A stretch of DNA of 63,767 nt from positions 1 to 63,767 of the forward strand of contig JBBTED010000095.1 of assembly GCA_038042445.1 (NCBI GenBank), read 5' to 3'. The position numbers were made by a program, and so were the translations under genes. Source of the stretch: Candidatus Firestoneibacteriota bacterium. GTDB taxonomy: Bacteria; Oederibacteriota; D2-FULL-39-29; JBBTED01. Positions within the stretch are counted from its first letter, which is position 1, and each line of letters opens with the position of its first letter. Below are positions 60,119-63,767 of the stretch, in pieces. Under the pieces are notes generated by a model that saw nothing but the letters and a program-made list of their open reading frames with translations, made no database searches and was not told the DNA's origin.

Positions 60119-61453
60119 TTACGTTTGTTTGAATTTATCTATTATCTGGTTAAATTCTTTTTCAAAATGTACTGGATTGCGGTGTGCATATCCCCCAATA
60201 TAAATTGTGTCCTTGTCAATTTTTATCCACACTCTTCTATAATATGAAAGAAGGGAAAACATAAGACCCAGCAAAAGCAAACCACTTCCTATATAAATAA
60301 AAGGAACTCCAGGATCTTTGGTTACTTGCAAACCACTGTAATATACCTGTTTAAAATCATTAAAATAGAAATTATATGGAAGACCTTTTGACACGTGATA
60401 TTCAGGGAAATTTTTAAATGCCCAGAAAGAAACGTAGAATTTATCATTCTTAAAAAGACTTATTAAAACTGCAGGATTATTTGACTCCTCTGATTTAGAA
60501 AATGGTTTCATATGCTCATCCATAGCAAAATCAGGTAAAAAATCCTCAACTTTTGCTTTAAAATCAGTTTTTGGAAGATTAAATTCCTCATCTAATTTTA
60601 CTTTAAAAGAAAATACTTCTTTATTTCGGACACCCTTAACAGTAAGAGCGATATATTCTACTTTTTCACTTGTTCCAAAACTTGATTGATAAAAAGAAAA
60701 CTTTTTGTATTTAAGTGGGTGATTTACTTCTATTTTTTTATCCAAAACAACTTTATCTTTTTCTGAAATTTCAACCTCGCTTATAAATGATTTAGGTCTT
60801 TGAGTATCAGGATAATACTCAACAGTAAATTTTTTTAGATATATTGAAAAATCAAGTGGGTAAGGAATTTGTGAATTGCGGGAATAGAATTGTGAAACTT
60901 TTTCGCCCTCTGCAATTTCAATATTTCCTTTAACTCCAAAAATTCCGCCTATTGCAGCACCAACTAATATTAAAAAGAAACTAAAATGCACCAGAATAAC
61001 ACCTATTCTGGACCAAGCACCCTTATGCCCAAAAACATTTTCATCTTTTCCAAGAACTGCATAACCAAATTTTTCAAGACCCTCAGATATTTTATCATTT
61101 ATTAAATTAGGTGCTGTTTTAAACTTGATTTTTGAATTAAATTTTTGTTGTGTGATATATGACAACTCCACCTTTATAGGTGGAGAAATAATTTGCCTAA
61201 ATATAATACCCAATCTGTCAATTGAACAAGTCAAAATATTAAGTGTAAGTAATACCAACAAAACAATAAACCACCAACTATGGTAAAGATCAAATATTCC
61301 CAAAAAATTAAATATTTGAAACAATACCCCGTATCGCTGCTTTAAAAAATCAACATCCGCTTGTTGTATTATCAAAGTCCCAACTATAGATGTAATTGCT
61401 ATTATTACAAATAAAACTATAGTAAATTTTATGGATGCTAATTTTTTTATCAT
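60119..61453 (-). CDS. resB: Cytochrome c biogenesis protein ResB/Ccs1
   Basis: GTLI.Q, YHSWWF, ILVH, VNHPL, SGLQVTKDPG. Confidence 0.9.
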   Translation of the reverse strand: MIKKLASIKFTIVLFVIIAITSIVGTLIIQQADVDFLKQRYGVLFQIFNFLGIFDLYHSWWFIVLLVLLTLNILTCSIDRLGIIFRQIISPPIKVELSYITQQKFNSKIKFKTAPNLINDKISEGLEKFGYAVLGKDENVFGHKGAWSRIGVILVHFSFFLILVGAAIGGIFGVKGNIEIAEGEKVSQFYSRNSQIPYPLDFSIYLKKFTVEYYPDTQRPKSFISEVEISEKDKVVLDKKIEVNHPLKYKKFSFYQSSFGTSEKVEYIALTVKGVRNKEVFSFKVKLDEEFNLPKTDFKAKVEDFLPDFAMDEHMKPFSKSEESNNPAVLISLFKNDKFYVSFWAFKNFPEYHVSKGLPYNFYFNDFKQVYYSGLQVTKDPGVPFIYIGSGLLLLGLMFSLLSYYRRVWIKIDKDTIYIGGYAHRNPVHFEKEFNQIIDKFKQT

Positions 61454-61456
61454 TGT

Positions 61457-62272
61457 CTATTGTGCATAACTATGCAACCCTGATAATAGGAAATTTACTC
61501 CCCAATATGTAAATAGCACTGCTAAAAATCCTACAATAGAAATCCATGCAATTTTTCTTCCCTGCCACCCTCTCATCAACCTTGCATGAAGATATATAGC
61601 ATAAACTAACCATGTAATTAATGACCATGTTTCTTTTGGATCCCAACTCCAATATGTTCCCCATGCAAAATTTGCCCATATAGCGCCTGTAATTATTCCT
61701 CCTGTAAGCAAAATAAATCCAAGTGTTACAGATTTATAATTTATAGTATCTAATGCTTCCTGTGATGGCAATTTATCTAAATTTTTGCCTGTGCGTTTTT
61801 CTTTTAAAAGAAAAAGTATTCCTGCAATAAAAGAAACAGCAAATGCCGCATATCCAAGCATACAACTTATAACATGTATTTCAAGCCATGAACTTCTAAG
61901 AGCTGGAACTAATGGTTGTATTGCTTTATAATCATCAGGCAATACTGAAGCTGAACCTATAGCAAGAAATGCCAAAGGTATTACAAAAGTCCCAAGTATA
62001 TCCCATTTATAAGTATAAGATAAAATCAAATACACTAAAACTATTGCCCAGGAAAAAAATACTGAAGATTCATACATATTGGAAAATGGCGCATGTTGTG
62101 CTTTAATTGTCCACAAAACCAACCCAACAGTATGCAAGAGAAAACCAAGCAATACAACTATTCGTGCAAATTTTATAAATTTATTTCCCTGCGAAATCAA
62201 ATTAATAAAATAAAAAATTGCCGTAAAAAAATATACTATTGTAGTTATATAAAACAAGTTATGTAAGTTCAT
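61457..62272 (-). CDS. Cytochrome c biogenesis protein CcsA/CcsB (ResC)
   Basis: WWD domain WANFAWGTYWSWDPKETW, LHSY. Confidence 0.93.
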   Translation of the reverse strand: MNLHNLFYITTIVYFFTAIFYFINLISQGNKFIKFARIVVLLGFLLHTVGLVLWTIKAQHAPFSNMYESSVFFSWAIVLVYLILSYTYKWDILGTFVIPLAFLAIGSASVLPDDYKAIQPLVPALRSSWLEIHVISCMLGYAAFAVSFIAGILFLLKEKRTGKNLDKLPSQEALDTINYKSVTLGFILLTGGIITGAIWANFAWGTYWSWDPKETWSLITWLVYAIYLHARLMRGWQGRKIAWISIVGFLAVLFTYWGVNFLLSGLHSYAQ

Positions 62273-62327
62273 AGTAACCCCCTTAATAAAACAATTTATT
62301 AATTTGTATTATAAAATATAACAGATT

Positions 62328-63374
62328 TTATGTAAAGAATAATTTCTTTTTAAAATATAGTGATATATTGACTAAACTAATAAGCACAGGCACTTCAACC
62401 AACGGACCGATTACTGCTGCGAAAGCAACTCCAGAATTGATTCCGAATACGGCAACTGCTACGGCAATTGCGAGTTCAAAATTATTACTTGCTGCGGTAA
62501 AAGAAAGTGTTGCGGTTTTTTTGTAATCTGCTCCGAATTTTTTACCCATATAAAAAGAAACAAGAAACATTACAATAAAATATATCAAAAGTGGAATTGC
62601 TATACGAATAACATCAAGAGGGATTTTTACGATATATTCTCCCTTAAGTGAAAACATAACCATAATCGTAAATAAAAGTGCTATTAAAGTTATAGGACTG
62701 ATTTTTGGAATGAATTTTGTATGATACCACTGTTTGTCCTTTATTTTTATAAGTGTAAAACGAGTAATCATTCCTGCTAAAAAAGGAATACCAAGATAAA
62801 TAAAAACACTTTTGGCAATCTGTACAATTGTAATATTTACAATTGCGCCTTTAAGACCGAACCATCCGGGAAGTATTGTAATAAAAATCCATGCATATAC
62901 AGAATAAAATAAAACCTGAAATATAGAATTAAATGCTACTAATCCCGCGCAGTATTCAGTATCACCTTCAGCAAGATCATTCCACACAATTACCATTGCA
63001 ATACATCGCGCAAGCCCTATCATTATAAGACCAACCATATACTCAGGATAACCTCTCAAAAAAACAATTGCCAAAATAAACATCAAAATCGGACCTATAA
63101 TCCAATTTTGCACAAGCGAAAGGGTTAACACCTTTGTATCGCGAAAAACATCGCCGAGTTCCTCGTATTTCACCTTGGCTAAAGGTGGATACATCATCAA
63201 TATCAAACCAATAGCAATAGGAATAGATGTAGCCCCTATTTGCATATTTGAAATAACTTGCGTTACTCCAGGAAAAAACCAACCTATTAATACTCCTATT
63301 GCCATAGCCAAAAATATCCAAAGTGTTAAAAATCTGTCTAAAAATGATAATTTTTTTCCGTTCACATTTTCCAT
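62328..63374 (-). CDS. acr3: Arsenite efflux transporter, ACR3 family
   Basis: [39 protein letters not shown]. Confidence 0.95.
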   Translation of the reverse strand: MENVNGKKLSFLDRFLTLWIFLAMAIGVLIGWFFPGVTQVISNMQIGATSIPIAIGLILMMYPPLAKVKYEELGDVFRDTKVLTLSLVQNWIIGPILMFILAIVFLRGYPEYMVGLIMIGLARCIAMVIVWNDLAEGDTEYCAGLVAFNSIFQVLFYSVYAWIFITILPGWFGLKGAIVNITIVQIAKSVFIYLGIPFLAGMITRFTLIKIKDKQWYHTKFIPKISPITLIALLFTIMVMFSLKGEYIVKIPLDVIRIAIPLLIYFIVMFLVSFYMGKKFGADYKKTATLSFTAASNNFELAIAVAVAVFGINSGVAFAAVIGPLVEVPVLISLVNISLYFKKKLFFT

Positions 63375-63412
63375 TTTGTCTCCTTTCTTATTTCTCCTTG
63401 AAGTTTTTATTT

Positions 63413-63767
63413 TTAAATAATAAACTTTTGTAAAATATTAAACAAATAACCTGTAATAATAATTGCTACTGTTGTAATTGCAAAGAAAATAATTATTAAT
63501 TGTAATTTAATTGCACGACGCAACATTACAGCTTCCGGCAGACTTAACGCGGTTATTGCCATCATAAAACTTAATGCTGTTCCAAGTGGCACGCCTTTTT
63601 GAAATAATACAATTGCTATTGGCACAATAGCAGCACAGCTACCATACATAGGCACTCCGAGAATTACAGCTAATGGCACTCCGAATATTCCGGCTTTACC
63701 TATAATTGATTGAATGGCTTCCTGCGGAACATAATTGTGTATAAACGCACCAATACCTACGCCTATT
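63413..63767 (-). CDS. ArsP/DUF318-like permease, 5' part outside the window
   Basis: [14 protein letters not shown]...GVPMY...[12 protein letters not shown]...LSLPE. Confidence 0.85.
   Translation of the reverse strand, partial: IGVGIGAFIHNYVPQEAIQSIIGKAGIFGVPLAVILGVPMYGSCAAIVPIAIVLFQKGVPLGTALSFMMAITALSLPEAVMLRRAIKLQLIIIFFAITTVAIIITGYLFNILQKFII

Overview
AT-rich bacterial chromosomal window, probably from an anaerobic diderm (two TolC proteins, PilT, four-subunit 2-oxoacid:ferredoxin oxidoreductase, HydABC-like formate dehydrogenase, siroheme and system II cytochrome c biogenesis genes). The lineage cannot be assigned from sequence alone. Housekeeping genes (mfd, ispD, lepA-lepB, hemC, cobA-hemD, acr3, two efflux clusters) alternate with accessory patches. 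(1) At the left end are a secreted repeat protein and two paralogous signal-peptide-less fibre-like proteins sharing a near-identical LamG N-terminus but with different C1q/BclA-like heads; one has a consensus sigma54 promoter. (2) tRNA-Gly(GCC) is followed by a ~170-nt highly structured element that repeats the tRNA 3' end. (3) An ~12 kb accessory region holds a degenerate YchF-like NTPase translationally coupled to a SIR2-like protein, a direct-repeat-bounded AAA/zeta module, and three co-oriented genes separated by attC-like sites with no integrase in the window (CALIN-like). (4) A toxin-antitoxin islet with another degenerate attC separates two GT-C/TPR glycosyltransferases. Intergenic DNA is dense with GTAG-type and GTCAT-type palindromic repeats. 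Three genes need a -1 frameshift, which could be assembly indels or programmed slippage. All product calls come from motif recognition by eye; no database searches were run.
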